Below are positions 1-18,524 of a stretch of DNA of 64,000 nt, piece after piece (position 1 is the stretch's first letter; every line of letters starts with the position of its first letter). Both the position numbers and the translations under genes were made by a program. This stretch comes from Dictyostelium discoideum. Its lineage: Eukaryota. The notes beneath the pieces are model-generated. The model worked only from the letters and a program-made list of their open reading frames with translations. It did no database searches and was not told the DNA's origin. Where the stretch lies: NCBI GenBank assembly GCA_000004695.1, contig CM000151.3, positions 6,336,001-6,400,000 on the forward strand, given 5' to 3'.

Positions 1-675
1 TAAAATTTATTTGTTTTTTTTTTTATTATTTTTTAAATAAGAAATGGTTAATTCAATTTTATAACTGAACGAAATTGGGTTTAAGAATAAAAAAGGTAAT
101 AAAAAATTTTGATTGTTGGGTATTTTTCAAAAAGAAGGTTGATTTGTTTTTATATGGTTTATTATTTTTGTGTGCGATTAAACAATTTGGATTGTGTGTG
201 TGTGAAAGTATAAATAATGCGTGTGGTTGTATCCATTATCATAATAATAATAATATAAAAAAAAAATCATATAAAAAATAAGAAAAAAAAAAAAAAATAA
301 CTGTCATAGTCATTGATTTTGTGTACGTGGGAGTAAAAATATATACATATTATACTATTTTACACCAATAAAAATACTTTTAATGTTTTTTTATAAATTA
401 ACTAAAAATGTATTATATAGATAATGTCAAGATGTGTAATAAGATTGATATTATTAAAATCATGTGCTATTTTTCTTTTTTTGTGTGTAGGTTTGTGGTT
501 GTTGTTATTGTTATTGTGGGTGTGGTTGTGTTTGTCTTTAATTATTGATATAATAATTATTGTAAATTTAAAAAAATAAAATTTGAAAAAAAATAAAATA
601 TTCAATTATGTGGTAATTGTTTTTATAAATTTTGAAGCTTATTTTTATTAATCACAAGGTTTAGTATTAGTAAAA

Positions 676-730
<55 letters not shown>

Positions 731-854
731 ATAATTAAAAAAGTAGAAAAAAAAAAAAAATAATAAAAATAATAATATTAATATTAATAATCAATTTAAA
801 TTAAGAATATCACTATTTTTAAAAATAACAATTTATTTAAAATAATTAACATTA

Positions 855-896
<42 letters not shown>

Positions 897-1992
897 GAGA
901 GGTAAAATAAATGAATAAAATAGTATTATTACTAGTTACAACCAATAAAAAATGAAAAAACATATTTGTAAAAAAATAAATGATTTATTTGAAATGTAAT
1001 TAGTGTGTATTATAAAAATATTTTTAATATTTTCAAATAACTTGATTATTAAAATTAAACATATTATTATAATTGAAAACAAAGAATATGGAATTTTTAC
1101 TACTTATTAATATTATATAATTTCCTTTTTATATCTATATTTTGTGTTTTTAACCTTTTCAGATTTTAAGGAAAATAAAAAAAACAAGGGAAATTCAATT
1201 CAATTCTAATGTTGGAATTTTTTGTAGTTGATTTTATATTAGTGATTGTATATTCACGACGAGTTTCATACAAATAAAAGTACAAGTCAAAATAAAAAAT
1301 TAAAAATAGAATTGGAATTTTTTAAAAAAAGAAAAAAAAAAAAACACACACCCCCAACCTAAAAATAAATTCATTTTTGTGTTTAATTTTAAAAACATAA
1401 GTGAAGTTGGGAAAAAAAAAAAAAAAGAAAAAAAAAAAAAAAAAAAAAATATTTTGGCAATCAAAAATTTAATGGGGAAAAAAAAAAAAAAAAAATGGGC
1501 GTTGATATTTTAATTAATTATAATTTTGGAAATTAAAGAAAAAATTTTAGATTAAAAAAATAAAAAAAAAATAAAAAAAAATAATAAAAAAAAAAATTAC
1601 AATTTTCAATGCATTTTTAAAAATAATATCGCAATTTTGCAAATCTTTTTTTTTTCCAAAAGATTTTTATTTTTTTTTTTATTTTTGTTTTCATTTTCAA
1701 ATTCCACATGATTTAAAGGGCGTAAAATGAGAACATAAATGTTGACATATAAAAAAAAATATAATAGGCAACTATCTCAAAATATATCACACGTTTTATT
1801 TGAAAACTTCACTTCCAAAAAAAAAAAAAAAAACAGGGTGAAAATGCACTTTTAATGTGGTGTTGTTGTTAATAGACTCATTTATTGTGAGTTACACAAA
1901 AATAAGACGCAAAATTAAAAGTCGTGAAGTTGTTAATTGAGGGTTTCGCCATTAATGTCGTTCTAAAAATATCCAGTCTTAAAAATAATTTT

Positions 1993-2036
<44 letters not shown>

Positions 2037-3086
2037 GGATGATTCTGTGATTTTTTAATTTTATTTCATTTTTTAAAAATTTTGTTTTTATTTTTTTTTT
2101 TTTGATCAATTCTAGATGAAATAATATTTAAAAAAAAAACATTTTGGAAAAAAAAAAAAAAAAAAAAAAGATATATAAAAAAAAAAAAAAAAAAAAAAGA
2201 TTAAAAGTTTTTTTGTTTTCAACAATTCTAATTTTTTATTATTTATTTTTTTTTTTTTTTTTCGGATATCCATGTTACCAAGATTATAAATATAAGGGAT
2301 TCTATTTTTAATAAATATATACTCTTCTGTTAAAAAAAAAAAATACAAAAAAAAAAAAAATAAAAAAAAAATAAAAAAAAAATAAAATAAATTAAAAAAA
2401 AGAGGTTTTATTTTTAGTAACTCTAGATATATATTTATTAAAAAAAAAAAAAAAAAAAAAAAACCCAAAAAAAAAAAATTTAAAAATAAATCAATACCCT
2501 CAATTAAATTTCTAAAATAAAAATAGTTTTTTTTTTATTTTAATCACTAATAATCCTTCTTGTTCCACAAACAAAACAAATAAATGTTTTTCTATATATA
2601 TAAATAATATAGTTGTTTAGATATTGTAAAAATTAATTTTTTTATTCACATTTATTTGTAATTTATTTTTATTTTTAGTTTTTATTTGTTTATGTGTATT
2701 TCATTTGTTTTTCTTTTCAAATAATTAAATCTTTCATAACAAAATAAAATAAAAAAAACACCCCTTTTCAAAATTAGCAATCCATTGTTTTTCCTTTTAC
2801 ATTGGTTTGTCAAAAAACACAACACTCTTTTTTTAATTTTTTATCACCCAATTGTACTATTACTCATCAAATAATTCCATTTTTAATAATTTACAAATAA
2901 AATTTATAAAATATAAAAATAATAACATTAAAACAAAAAAAAAATAAACAAAGATTATTTTTTTTTTCCAAAAACTATTATTTCAAAGATTTATTTTTTT
3001 TTTTTTTGTTTTTGTTTTCCAAATAATTAATTCTTTTTTTTTTTTGTTTCCATAAAATTAATAATAGTTTTATATAAAAATTAAAA

Positions 3087-5665
<2,579 letters not shown>

Positions 5666-6029
5666 TTTTTAAAAAAAAAAAAAAAAAAAATTGCGACAAC
5701 AATGGTTGTAATAAATTTAGTAATGACATCATTTCTAAAATATTTAGAAAGGATTTCTAAGCATCTAAATTTACAATTAATATAAGTTGATTATAGAAAA
5801 ATCAATTTATATTTAAAAAAAAAAAATAATAAAAAATAAATAATAAAAAAAAAAAAAAAAAAAAAAAATTTATTTGTATGATTTATATTTGTTATAAAAT
5901 ATTATATTATTATTTTTATTATTAGATTTTTTACATTACCTGAATGAATTTTCAAACCACATGTTTGTTATTTTTTTTTTTTTAAAATATTATATGGAAT
6001 CAATTTTAGAAAAAAAAAAAACTTTTATC

Positions 6030-6064
<35 letters not shown>

Positions 6065-6810
6065 TTATTTTTTTTTTTTTTTTTTTTAAATCAAAAAATC
6101 TATTTTTAGAGTTTTTTATTAAAAACTATAAAAAGGATTCTTGTTTTAATACTAAAAATAGAGATCATTTGGATGAAAACCAGATTTTTTTTTTTTTAAA
6201 AATAAAAATTGCTCAATTTTATTTGTACCACTGCATTGATGAAAACTGTGTGAAAATTATAATTTTTCTAAACACTTATTTATTTTTTATTTTATTTTTT
6301 TTTATTTTTATTTTTATTTTTATTTTTTTTTTTTTTTCAATTAAAATTTTTTTATTGAAAAAAACCCACAGAGGGGTGGGTGGAAACAATAAAAAAAATA
6401 AAAATAAAAAAAGTGAACAACAATAACCCAATCAATTTGTAAAATAATAAATAATTTATTAATTATAATAAATTTGTATTATCATATACAACATATGTGT
6501 TAAGATGTAGAGCGAATTTAATTTTTTTTTTATATTTTATTATTATTTTCATAATAAAAACAATTTAATTTTTATTATTATTTATTTTTATTATTATTAT
6601 TTAATTTATTTTTATTTTAATTTTTATTTTTTATTTTTATTTTTATTTTTATTTTTATTTTTATTTTTTATTTTTTTTTTATTAATTTTTTTTTTATTTA
6701 TTCAATAAATTTAAATTTGATATGATAATTAGTTAATCGTAATATTATAATATTTACATATAAAAGAAAAAAAGAAAAAAATTAATTAAAATAATTGAAA
6801 AATAAAAAAA

Positions 6811-9121
6811 ATGTCATTTAACATACCCACAATTCATACAAATAACTCCAAAAACGATAATAATGATGAAAATAATAATAATAATCAACACACAGAAAAT
6901 CCATACATTTCAATAAATAATAAAATCACCCCAGAAAATAGTATCTCATCAAATCTTAATCAAATCGAGAAAGCTGTTAAAGTTGCCAATTCTCAAAACC
7001 TTGATTTAGCATTGATTGGTAATTGCTCATTTGGTGCTCTTATTGATAAGAAATCATGCATCAAATGGTGTTGCATTCCAAGATTTGATGCAGATCCAAT
7101 ATTTTGCTCATTAGTTAGAAAATCAAATGATTCAGGTAAATTTACAAATATTCTAAAAAAAAAAAAAATAAAAAAAAAAAAAAAAAATAATAATCCATTC
7201 TAACTCTATTATTTTTTTTTTATTTTTATTTATTATTACAGGTTTTTATGATGTTGTGGTTGAAAACTTTGCATTCAGTGAGCAGGTATATATAAAAAAC
7301 ACAGCGGTTTTATCAACAAAACTGTACAACACTAATGGAGGTGGTGTTGAAGTAATTGATTTTGCACCAAGATTCAATATGTTCTCTCGTCCATACAGAC
7401 CATCAATGATTATTAGAGTCATTAAGCCATTGGGCCATTGTAGAATTAAGATTAGACTAAGACCAACATTCGGGTAAATTTTTAAAAAATAACTTAATTT
7501 TCTATAATTTTTTTTTTTATAAATTATATTTCCTTTTCAAAAATATATTAACTTTTTTTTTTTCTTTTTTTTTTATATTTTTATTTAATAGTTATGGATG
7601 GGGTGCACCAGAAAAAACCAGAGGTACAAACCATATAAGATATATATTACCATCAATGGTAATGAGACTTACAACCAATGCTCCAATTTCATATATTGTT
7701 GATGAAGTTTTATTTGAAGCTGATGAAACATTATACTTTGTATTTATGGCTGATGAAAGTTTAAGAGAATCCCTTCATGATGTTACCAATACTTATTTGG
7801 ATAAAACAATTGAATATTGGCAAGAATATACTAAATCATTAGCTGTATGTAATATAATAATTTATTTTTAAAGTTTTAACAATTTTATTATTAATTTTTT
7901 TTTTTTTTTATTTTTTAAAAAAAATAGATTCCACTTGAATGGCAATCACAAGTTTTAAGAGCATGTATTACTGTAAAACTTTGCCAATTTGAAGAATCTG
8001 GTGCCATTATTGCATCATTAACAACATCAATCCCAGAAGAACCAACTAAAGAAGGTTATGATCTTAGATTTTGTTGGATTAGAGATACTTCTTATATTGT
8101 ACATACATTCAACAAACTTGGTAATACAAAGATGATGGAAGATTTCCTTACTTACATTTCAAACATTGTCTCAGGTTCATTGGAAAGAGGTGGATTCCTT
8201 CAACCAGTTTATGGTATTTCATTAGAAACAAAACTCTATGAAAAGTCAATGTATAGACTTGCAGGTTACAGAGGTCTTGGTCCTGTTAAAATTGGTACAA
8301 GAGATTATAAAACAATTCAAAATGATGTTTATGGTCAATTAATTTTAGCATCTATTCAAATGTTTTTTGATCAAAGATTAAATAAACCAGGTGATATTCA
8401 GTAGGTAATTTAATTATTTTAAAATAATAATATTGGTTACTAAATTTTTTTTTTTAAAATAAAAGTTTATTCCATAAATTAGAAGGTTTAGGTATGCAAG
8501 CATATACAAATTATAATAAACCAGATTGTGGTCCATTAGGTAAAGGTTCAATTGAAGATGGTAAAATTTATACATTTTCATCATTTATGTGTTGGACAGG
8601 TTGTGATAGATTAGCAAAGATTGCAAAGAGTTTAAAGATTCCATTACGTGCACATTTCTGGCAAGAATCTGCAAATAAAATCAAGGAAGAAATGATGGAA
8701 CGTTGCTTCAACAAGGAAAAGAATTCATTTGTATCAACTTGGGATGGAGATGATGTTGATCCTTACCTTTTATTGATTGCAGAATCTGGATTCACTAAAA
8801 TTGATGATCCAAAATTCATTGGAACCGTTGAATATTTAGAGAAAAAACTTAGAAGAGGCAAATACATTATTCAATCACCAGACAGTGTTAGTGCATCAAC
8901 TACATTCACTCTCTACTATATTTCTTGTATTGCTAAAATGGGTAGAAAAGAAGAAGCAAGAGAACTTTTTGAAAATATCCTTAATGATTGCACTCCATTG
9001 GGTTTAATTAGTCAAGATGTTAACCTTGAAACCAAAGAAATTTGGGGTAACTTTCCAAAAACAACTTCAATGGTTGGTATAATTAATGCTGCTATTTGTT
9101 TAAGTAAACCATGGGAATCTG

Positions 9122-9129
<8 letters not shown>
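6811..9129 (+). CDS. Glycoside hydrolase family 15 (glucoamylase/trehalase-like) protein, 5 exons (6811..7135, 7242..7473, 7592..7844, 7928..8400, 8466..9129)
   Basis: The reading frame is continuous across four short AT-rich introns. Donors are GTAAAT, GTAAAT, GTATGT and GTAGGT; acceptors are acag/atag/atag/aaag. The motifs GAIIASLTTSIPE and GYDLRFCWIRDTSY match the GH15 'TTSLPE' and 'WDYRYCWLRD' signatures of bacterial and archaeal glucoamylase-like enzymes. Splice phases were checked by hand. Confidence 0.6.
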
Positions 9130-9164
<35 letters not shown>

Positions 9165-9318
9165 AACAAATTCCATTATTTTTCATTTTCCAATTTTTCA
9201 TTATCTTTAGATATATAATTAAAATATTTTTTTTTTAGTATTAATCAAATAAATAAACAAAACAAAATTTAAAATTTAATACTATTTAATTTTTTTTTAT
9301 TATTATATATGTTGTATT

Positions 9319-12300
9319 TTATTTTAAACCACCTGAAGTAATAGCAATCCAAATTGGTAATATTGTAGTTTTAAATTTAATTTCAATTTCTACATGAGAA
9401 CCATTAGTTTTCTTATTTGATATAAAAGCTATTTTGTTATTTGAAATTGATACTTCATTTGAAAAGGTTGAACCATTAAATCCACTAGTGTCAAGTAAAA
9501 ATTGATATGAATTACCTTGGTATTCAACTTTGAAATTACATATTGATGTATTAATTGATATTGGGTGAGAAGACTCTACCGAAGTCCAACTTGTTCCAAA
9601 ATTTTTGTGAATATTGAGTTGAGTAGAATGAGATTTAATATTTACTGCATGCATAGCCTTAAAGAAATTAAATGATGGATTTGGTGGATCTCTAAATTTA
9701 ACTAAAGGATGTTTATTGTTAAAGAATAATTCAAAGGTTTTACCACCTTGAGGAGCACCACCAATCTTAATATTGAATAATTCCATACCACCAATCGAGT
9801 ATCTTAAAGCTGGTTCGAATGAATTAACTTTTTCATGACGTGATGTTAAATTTTGAGGTTCAATAAAGAAAAATGGAATACCACTTGGTGATCTAATCTT
9901 TAAAAGTGTTTTACTTGAATCTAATAATTTTGAATAAGATTGAAATGTGAGCTTTGAGCATTTCATTAAATCTAACTTTATTAATCTTAGTTTTGAAATT
10001 GATTCTGAAACAATTAAATTATCAACAAATGGTGGTAATGCTAATTTAACAACCGATGGACATCCTTTATAAAGTTCATTAAAATCTTCTCCTAAGATAC
10101 CACTACAACCACCTAAATCCAATACCTCTAAATCTTTACAAGTTGAAGCAATAAGTTTAACTATTAAATCTGTAAGTGTTGGTATTTCATAAAGTTTTAA
10201 TTTTCTTAACTTTGGAGTGATTAAATCTGATAATACCCATTCATTGATTCCATTTTGATTATTACCAAAATTGAGATAGGTAATATTTGATAGATTAGAT
10301 AAACTTTTCAATTTACTACAATCATTAATTTTTAATTTTCTTGAAATAAATGATTGAATATCTGGTTTAATCTTTGAAAAAACTTCAATACTATTACTAT
10401 TGATATGTTCATCGAAATAAATCTTTTCAACATTTATATTTTCAAAGTAATCTAAATCCTCTACTTCAAATTGAATATTTAAAGGAATTGTAAACTTTTC
10501 TTTTTTAATTGAGTATTTTTCTTCCAATGAATTCTTTACAATTGATCTTAATTTTGGAACAGTTCTAGAGGTTTCAAAAAATATCCATGGACTAAAATCA
10601 ATTAATGGTTTAATTTTATCAATAATTGATTCAATATTTTTACTAATACTAAATGCTTTAGTAATATGTTCTGATACTTTTTCTTTTGAAAAATTTTTAT
10701 TACTACCTTGAGTTACCAATAAAAATAATGAAATACCAATATGAGCTTTTTGATAATTTGGATCAATTTTAAATATATTACTAAATTAAAAAAAATGAAT
10801 TAGTTTTTTATAAAAATAATAATAATAATAATAAAAATAAAAATTAAAATAAAATAATTTACTTACTTATAAGCAGTTAAAACTTTAGAGTAATCAAATT
10901 TTGAATTATATTTATATAAATGATCAAAGAATTTTGCCAAAAGGTAACTTGGATATGCTTTATCTGGTGATTGTTCAATAATTTCATTTAAAACTATTTC
11001 AATTTCTTCAATTTCTTTAGGAAGAATAAATCCTTCAAACTTTAAATGTGATAGAATAGTTTTAACTCTACAAATTTTTAAAAGAAGTACTTGACTTTGA
11101 ACAACTCCAATTGTATCAAATGTAGAGAGTTTTTTGTTTGCCAACACATAGTAGAGTTGTTTCTTTGTATAATCTTGTGAAGTTTTTGCCAACAAAGTTA
11201 AAACTTTAGCCAATTGGATAACAATTTGGAAATTATTATTCATGGTGAGAATTGATTGCTCTAAACGTTCCCTTGAAATTGTTAATAGTCTATGTTTACT
11301 TGTATCACTTAAACCTGAAGCCATAGATTTATAATATAAACTCATACCATCTGCATAATCAATAACATTTAATCTAGTTGAAAGAGTTTTAATCTCTTTA
11401 ATATCTGTATCTACAAATACGAATGAATCAGAATTATTAAATTGAGAAATTGCAATTTTACTAATTACCAAACCAATTGATTTACAAAATTTTTTTAAAA
11501 TCATTTCTCTGGTTGGAAGAGTTGTCAATAAATTTTTAATAATTTCTTGTGGAGTAACTGGTAATTTTGGTGAATTTTCATTTAACTCTGGCTCTTCTTT
11601 TTCGGTATTTACATTATTGAAAATATTTTGAAATTTCTTTTCCATCTTTTCTAATATAATTTTATTCCAAATATATTCAGTTTTATCTTTATATTCATCA
11701 AATAATAAATTTAAAAATTTTAATAATAAACCTAAATTGAAATAATAATAATATTAATATTAATAATAATAAAATAAAGAGAATTAATAAATTTTATTAT
11801 ATAATAATTTAAAAATTATTAATTATTATTATGTTTTTTTTTTACTTACTTCTATATGGATAATCAGATGGTAAATGAATATTTCTCATTTCTCTTCTTA
11901 ATAATTCTCTTGCTAAACTTTTAAGTGTTCTAACTATTGCTTCAATTGTAAAGAATCTTTTATAACCAATACTTGTACAATGACTTGCAACTTCACCAAT
12001 ATATCTAATATTAATACCTTCAGCATGAAGTAATTTTGAAACATCTGTAATCTTGTCAGAAATATTTGATAGTAAATCTTGTAAAAAATTTGTTTTTAAA
12101 CCAATTTCATCTCTAGTTTGAATATCTTTAGAGAATTTTGGAATGATATTATTCATTAAATCATCATATGCCTCTTGAACTTCCACATTATGTTTATTTG
12201 AATCAATTGTTGACATTGGCGAAAATGCATCACTACATAATGGTTTTTGATATTTTCTAACCAATTCTAGTCTTAATAGTTTATAAAGATATGAACCACG

Positions 12301-13860
12301 ATGTTTTGGTGGTTCTGGTGGTGATAATCTTGCGAAATCTAATAAATAGAAACGATTATCACCTCCTAAATGACCCTCAATATCAATTGGCCCACTGATT
12401 GATTTAATATCACCACTGATATCTTCTACAAAATGTTGTTTTAAATTGATAACTTTTGAAGCATTTAAAAAGAGATTATTGAAAATATTATTACTTGTGT
12501 GTACAGTTTGACCAGCGTCACAACTACCATAAATTAAACTTTTCTTTGAAATTGGTAATAATGACATTGCCATCAACCGGAAGCCTCTATAATCGATAAA
12601 TGCCATCAATGGTACATGTAAACCTTTGACACCACAATTTAAAAATGAAGCACAACCATTTAATTCATGTGCTGCTGTTTTCATTGCATTCTCATCATTG
12701 CCATATAATCCAAATGCTTCATTCTCCAACGCAAATTTGAATAATATACCTTGAACGATATACTTTTCACCACCAGCAATACCTCCGACACTAACTGGTT
12801 TAATTGTTTTCAATTCATTGGCCAAGAAATTCTCAGAGATAATAATTCTACCATAACTTTCAGCTGCATAAACAAAATCATGCTCTAATGAACTAAGTCT
12901 TTCAAATTTCTCTAAACAATCATCCATTTCTAATAATCTTTGAAATTCTGAACTCCAATAATATAATGCTATATTATCCATCTTTTTCCCAGTAATTGAA
13001 CTACCGCTACTACCACTGCTAAAACTTGAAGAAGCATTTGATACATTTAAATTATCATTTGTAAGGAATTTTGGATGTGAATAAGATGAATATGGATTGG
13101 ATTTAATATTATCATCTAAATATCCACTTTGTAATACTTGTAATCTTTGTCCAGATGGTGATGATGATGATGATGATGATAATGTTGTTGATATATCACT
13201 AATATTATTGTTATTTTCATTTTTTGGTAGTTCTAAAACTTTATTGTATCTTACTAATGATTCTAATACTAATAAATCATTTTCACTAATATCATGCATA
13301 AAATAAGGCTTTTTTAAATCAATATCATGATTATCTTCATTTCCACCACTATTAGTAGTTTTACTACCATAAATTGAATATGGATCACTACTTTGACTAT
13401 CTTGAACATTACAAATTCCATAAATTGATTCACTTTGATCGCTACCTTTATAACTATAAAAATTACTTTCACTTGATGAAAAGTCTTGTGTAGAATTTGA
13501 AGTGTTATCATATCTTGCTTTATTTGATGAAAATGAATCTGATATAGTTGGTGAAGCATTATCATATCTATTATTTGATTGTGTTGTTAAAGAAGAGGAT
13601 GATGAAACTGATTCTGATTTAATATCGTCTTTATTAAAATTATCATATCTTGATGATGAAGAAGATGATGATGATTGAACAATATTTGGTGAAGCATTAT
13701 CATATCTATTATTTGGTTGTTGTTGTTGTGTTATTGGCTGCACATTATCATATTTTTGTCTTAAAATATCTGGTGAGACCTTTAATCTTAATAATCTTTG
13801 CGAAAGGGCATTTTCTTTTTCTCCCAAGTATGAAAAAACTTCATTATAATCATAGCCCAT
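9319..13860 (-). CDS. CLU-domain plus Cys-containing LRR protein, paralog B, 3 exons (13860..11850, 11731..10867, 10780..9319), about 1445 aa
   Basis: The three track ORFs (11842..13860, 10863..11645, 9319..10719) join through GTAAGT donors and ..tttag acceptors. The joined protein is collinear with the intronless paralog at 14255..19144. For example, DYPYRS-LLLKFLNLLFDEY..EKMEKKFQNIF aligns with DYPYRNLLLNFLNLIFDDY..EKMEKKFQNIF, and TAYN-NIFKIDPNYQKAHIGIS aligns with TIFTIDPNYQKAHIGIS. The central region (DYRGFRLMAMSLLPI..YGSCDAGQTV..GGDNRFYLLDFARLSPPEPP) resembles the CLU domain. The C-terminus has LDLGGCSGILGEDFNELYKGCPS LRR_cc-type repeats. Exon lengths sum to 4338 nt, which is divisible by 3. 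Confidence 0.6.
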
Positions 13861-14254
13861 TTTGTTTGGATTTGTTTTTTTTTTTTTTTAGTAATAATAC
13901 AGAAAAAAAGATTTTTTTTTTTTTTTTTTGTGTTGTGTAAAAAAATGATTTATTGATAACAAAAAAAAAAAAAAACTAATCTCTTTAATAGTTTTTTTTT
14001 TCTTTTTTTTTTTTTCTATTTGCTATTTTTTAAAATTAATTGAAACAATGGAAATAAAAAAGAAAAAACATCATTTTGAAATATCTTTTTTTTTTTTTTT
14101 TTTTTGATTTTTTTTTTTTTTTTTTAGATATTTTTTAAAAACGTTGTTTTGGTTGCCTTTCTGTGAAAAAAGTAAATTTTATTTTTAATTTTTTTTAATT
14201 TTTTTTTTTTTTTTTTAACCAATTTTAATTTTAATTTTATTTTTAAAAATTTTA

Positions 14255-17200
14255 TTAATTTTGGATACCTGTGGCAATTGCAAAGAAAATTGCAAATGGA
14301 GAAATGATTTTACTAGTTTTAATATCAGCATCAACACTTAATCTCATAGTTTTTGCATTTGAAACGGTTAAGACAGCATTTAAATTTGATCCAATTGAAA
14401 CATTTGAAGTGAAAGTAATACCTTGAAGACCAGATTGAGCGATATTTTTAAATTGATAAGAGATACCTTGAGATTCGATTTTAGTTGCAAAAGTTGGTGA
14501 ACTTGACATTGGTAAAGTTTGAGTGGATTCAATAGTTCTCCAATTTCCATTCATAGTGATATCATTGTAAACTGTTAATTTTGTAATTGGTTTATCAATG
14601 ATATTGACATGAGCAACTTTAAAGAAACCTGAAGAATTGAGTAAAGCATTTGGTGGATTTCTAAATCTTACCAATGGATTCTTATTATTATAAAATAGTT
14701 CAAAATTTCTACCTGAAGAAACCATTATACCATGACCAATCTTCAAATAGAATAATTCCATACCACCAACTGAATATCTTAAACATGGTTCATTTGGAGC
14801 TACTTTAGCATGACGAGCTGTAATATATTGTTGGTCAAGATAGAACATTGGTACACCAATTGGATTTCTAACTTTTTTGAGTGTACTACAAATATCTAAT
14901 GCTTTTGAGTATGAATGATGAGTAACTTTTGAACATTTAATTAAATCCAATCTAACCAATGGTAAAGTACCATTTAAAATCTCTGAAACACCATCATTCT
15001 CTATGAATGGTGGTAATGCTAATTTAGCAATTGATGGACAACCTTTATAAAGTTCATTAAAATCTTCTCCTAAAATACCACTACAACCACCTAAATCCAA
15101 TACTTCTAATTCTTTACAAGTTGATGAAATTAATTTAACTGTTTTATCTGTAATATCTGGTAATTCATATAATTTTAATTTCTTTAATATTGGTGTAATT
15201 AAATTTTCAATCATTTCATCTTTAACACCTTTTGAAAAACCTAAATTTAATTTTATAATATTTCTAAATTTACTTAAACTTTCAAAAATTTTAAATTCAT
15301 TTTCATTATTATTATTATTTTCCTCTTCTTTTACTTCTTTTTCTTCTTGATTATTTTCTTCTTCTTCTTCTTTTTCTTCCTCTTTTTCTTCTTCTTCTTC
15401 TTTAATTTTACTAAATTTACTAAATCTAATTATAATTGATTGTGAATTTGATTGAATTTTTGAGAAAACTTCAATATTTTTAGCATTTGAATGATCATCA
15501 AAATAAATCTTTTCTAATTTAATATTTTCAAAATAATATTGATCATTAAATTCAAAATGAAGATCATGTGGAATTAAAAGTTTATTATTATTTTTTTCAA
15601 CTTTTAATTCTAATGCACTCTTTACCATTGATCTAACTTTTGGAATTGATCTTGATGATTCAAAAACTACCCATGGATTAAAATCAACTAATGGTTTAAT
15701 TTTGTTTACAATTGATTCAATATTACCAACTTTGAATGCTTTTACTATATGATCAGAAACTTTTTCAGGTGAAAATAGTTTATGAAGATGTTGAGTTTTT
15801 AATAAAAATATTGAAATACCAATATGAGCTTTTTGATAATTTGGATCAATTGTGAAAATCGTATCATAAACATCGGTAATCTTTGAATAGTCATACTCTG
15901 CTGAACTACCTTTTGAACAAATGAAATAGAATTTTGCTAAAAGATAATTTGGATAAGCTTTATTTGGTGATAGTTCTATTGTATCCTTTATGATTTGTTC
16001 AATTTTTTCAATTTTTTCTGCTTGGAAGTATTGAATTCTTAAATGTGATAATGAAATTTTAATTCTTTGAATTCTTGAAATTAATAAAAGATTTTGATCA
16101 ATTCTTAATTGTTCCAATTGAGAAACTGTATTTTCAGCCAATGTGAATAGTTCTCTTTTAATATTATCATTATCAGTGGTTTTAGCTAATAAACGAATAA
16201 CATTTGCCAATTGAAACATTGCATTATGATTGGTACTCATTGAATGAATTGATTCCTCTAAACGATCCTTTGAAATTGTTAATAGTCTGTTCTTACTTTT
16301 ACTATTTAAACCAGTTGCCATTGATTTATAATATAAACTCATACCATCTGCATAATCAATGATATTTAATCTTGAAACTAATGTATTGATTGCTTTGATA
16401 TCTGGATCAACGAATACGAATGATGATGACTTTGAAAATTGTTCAAGTGAAACTTTGCTAAGTACAAGACCAATTGATTTACAGAATTTAGTTAAAATCT
16501 TTGATCTTGTATATGGACTTAATAATAAATCTTTAATCAACTCTTGAGGTGAATATTTGAAATTTTGAGGATCCTCAACAAAATCATTTGGAATTGAATT
16601 GAATCTACTAAATGATTCTTTATCTTTATAGGAATCAACGAAAGGATTTATAAATTTCTCTTCGAAATGGGTTGCTTTATTGACGAAAATATTTTGAAAT
16701 TTCTTTTCCATCTTTTCAAAAACAATTTTTGACCAAAATAATTCAGTTTTACCTTTATAATCATCAAATATTAAATTTAAGAAATTTAATAATAAATTTC
16801 TATATGGATAATCAGATGGTAAATGAGTTTTCTTCATTTCTCTTCTTAATAATTCTCTTGCTAAACTTTTAAGTGTTCTAACTATTGCTTCAATTGTAAA
16901 GAATCTTTTATAACCAATACTTGTACAATGACTTGCAACTTCACCAATATATCTAACATTAATACCTTCAGCATGAAGTAACTTTGAAATATCTTTAATT
17001 TTATTATTAGCTTGTCTTAGAATTTCAACTGATGAATTTGTTTGGAAACAAATTTCATCTCTAGTTTGAATAAATTTAGAGAATTTTGGAATGATATTAT
17101 TGATTAAATCATCATATGCTTCTTGAACTTCTACATTATGCATATCAATATCAATACTTGACATTGGCGAAAATGCATCACTACATAATGGTTTTTGATA

Positions 17201-18489
17201 TTTTCTAACCAATTCTAGTCTTAATAGTTTATAAAGATATGAACCACGATGTTTTGGTGGTTCTGGTGGTGATAATCTTGCGAAATCTAATAAATAGAAA
17301 CGATTATCACTTCCTAAATGACCCTCAATATCAATTGGCCCACTGATTGATTTAATATCACCACTGATATCTTGAACAAAATGTGGCTTTAAATTTACAA
17401 TTTTGGCAGCATTTGAAAAGAGATTATTGAAAATATTATTACTTGTGTGTACAGTTTGACCAGCGTCACAACTACCATAAATTAAACTTTTCTTTGAAAT
17501 TGGTAATAATGACATTGCCATCAACCGGAAGCCTCTATAATCGATAAATGCCATCAATGGTACATGTAAACCTTTGACACCACAGTTTAAAAATGATGTA
17601 CAACCATTTAACTCATGTGCTGCTGTTTTCATTGCATTCTCGTCATTACCATATAATCCAAATGTTTCACTCTCCAATGCAAATTTGAATAATATACCTT
17701 GAACGATATACTTTTCACCACCAGCAATACCTCCGACACTAACTGGTTTAATTGTTTTCAATTCATTTGATAAGAAATTCTCAGAGATAATAATTCTACC
17801 ATAACTTTCAGCTGCATAAACAAAATCGTGCTCTAATGAACTAAGTCTTTCAAATTTCTCTAAACAATCATCCATTTCTAATAATCTTTGAAATTCTGAA
17901 TTCCATGAATATAATGAAATACTTTCCATTTTTTTTGTACTTAATGAACTTGCTGATGATTGAGTAATTGTTCTACCACTACCACTACTTTCTGATAAAG
18001 CTTTATCAGTAAGGAATTTTGGATGTGAATAAGACGATATAAATGCATTATTACTACTAATATATGGATTTGAATTAAAATTATTCTCTTCTTCATATCC
18101 ACTTAATGTTAATTTTGGTCTTGATGATGTTCCACAAGTATCATCATCATCTTTGTCATCTTCATCTTCTTCAAATTCACCTATTTTTGATTTAGATTGA
18201 ACTAATGATTCTAATAATAATAAATCACTTTCACTAATATCACGTTCACTATATGCTCTTTTCTTCTTTTCATTACCACTACTTGTAGTTAAATCAGATT
18301 GTTCATAATCTTCGTCTTCTTCATCTTCACTATATGGTTCATCATTTCCATTAGCATTGTAAGCACTATAACTTGATGAGCCACCATAACTTGAAATATT
18401 ATAATTACTTGAACCACCACCAACTAAACTACCACCATATTGACTATAATTACCACCAGCAACCATATTACCACCATATTGACTATAAC

Positions 18490-18524
<35 letters not shown>

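Noticed and set aside
75-2468. Track ORFs 75..281, 402..605 and 2112..2468 in the first 3 kb
   Set aside because: They lie in extreme low-complexity A/T homopolymer DNA. Their translations are poly-F/K/I with no domain signal. This is intergenic sequence.
13097-13940. Small ORFs 13097..13306 (+), 13314..13565 (-) and 13650..13940 (+) inside or next to the CLU paralog B first exon
   Set aside because: They are alternate-frame or antisense readings of low-complexity Ser/Asn coding sequence. None is collinear with paralog A.
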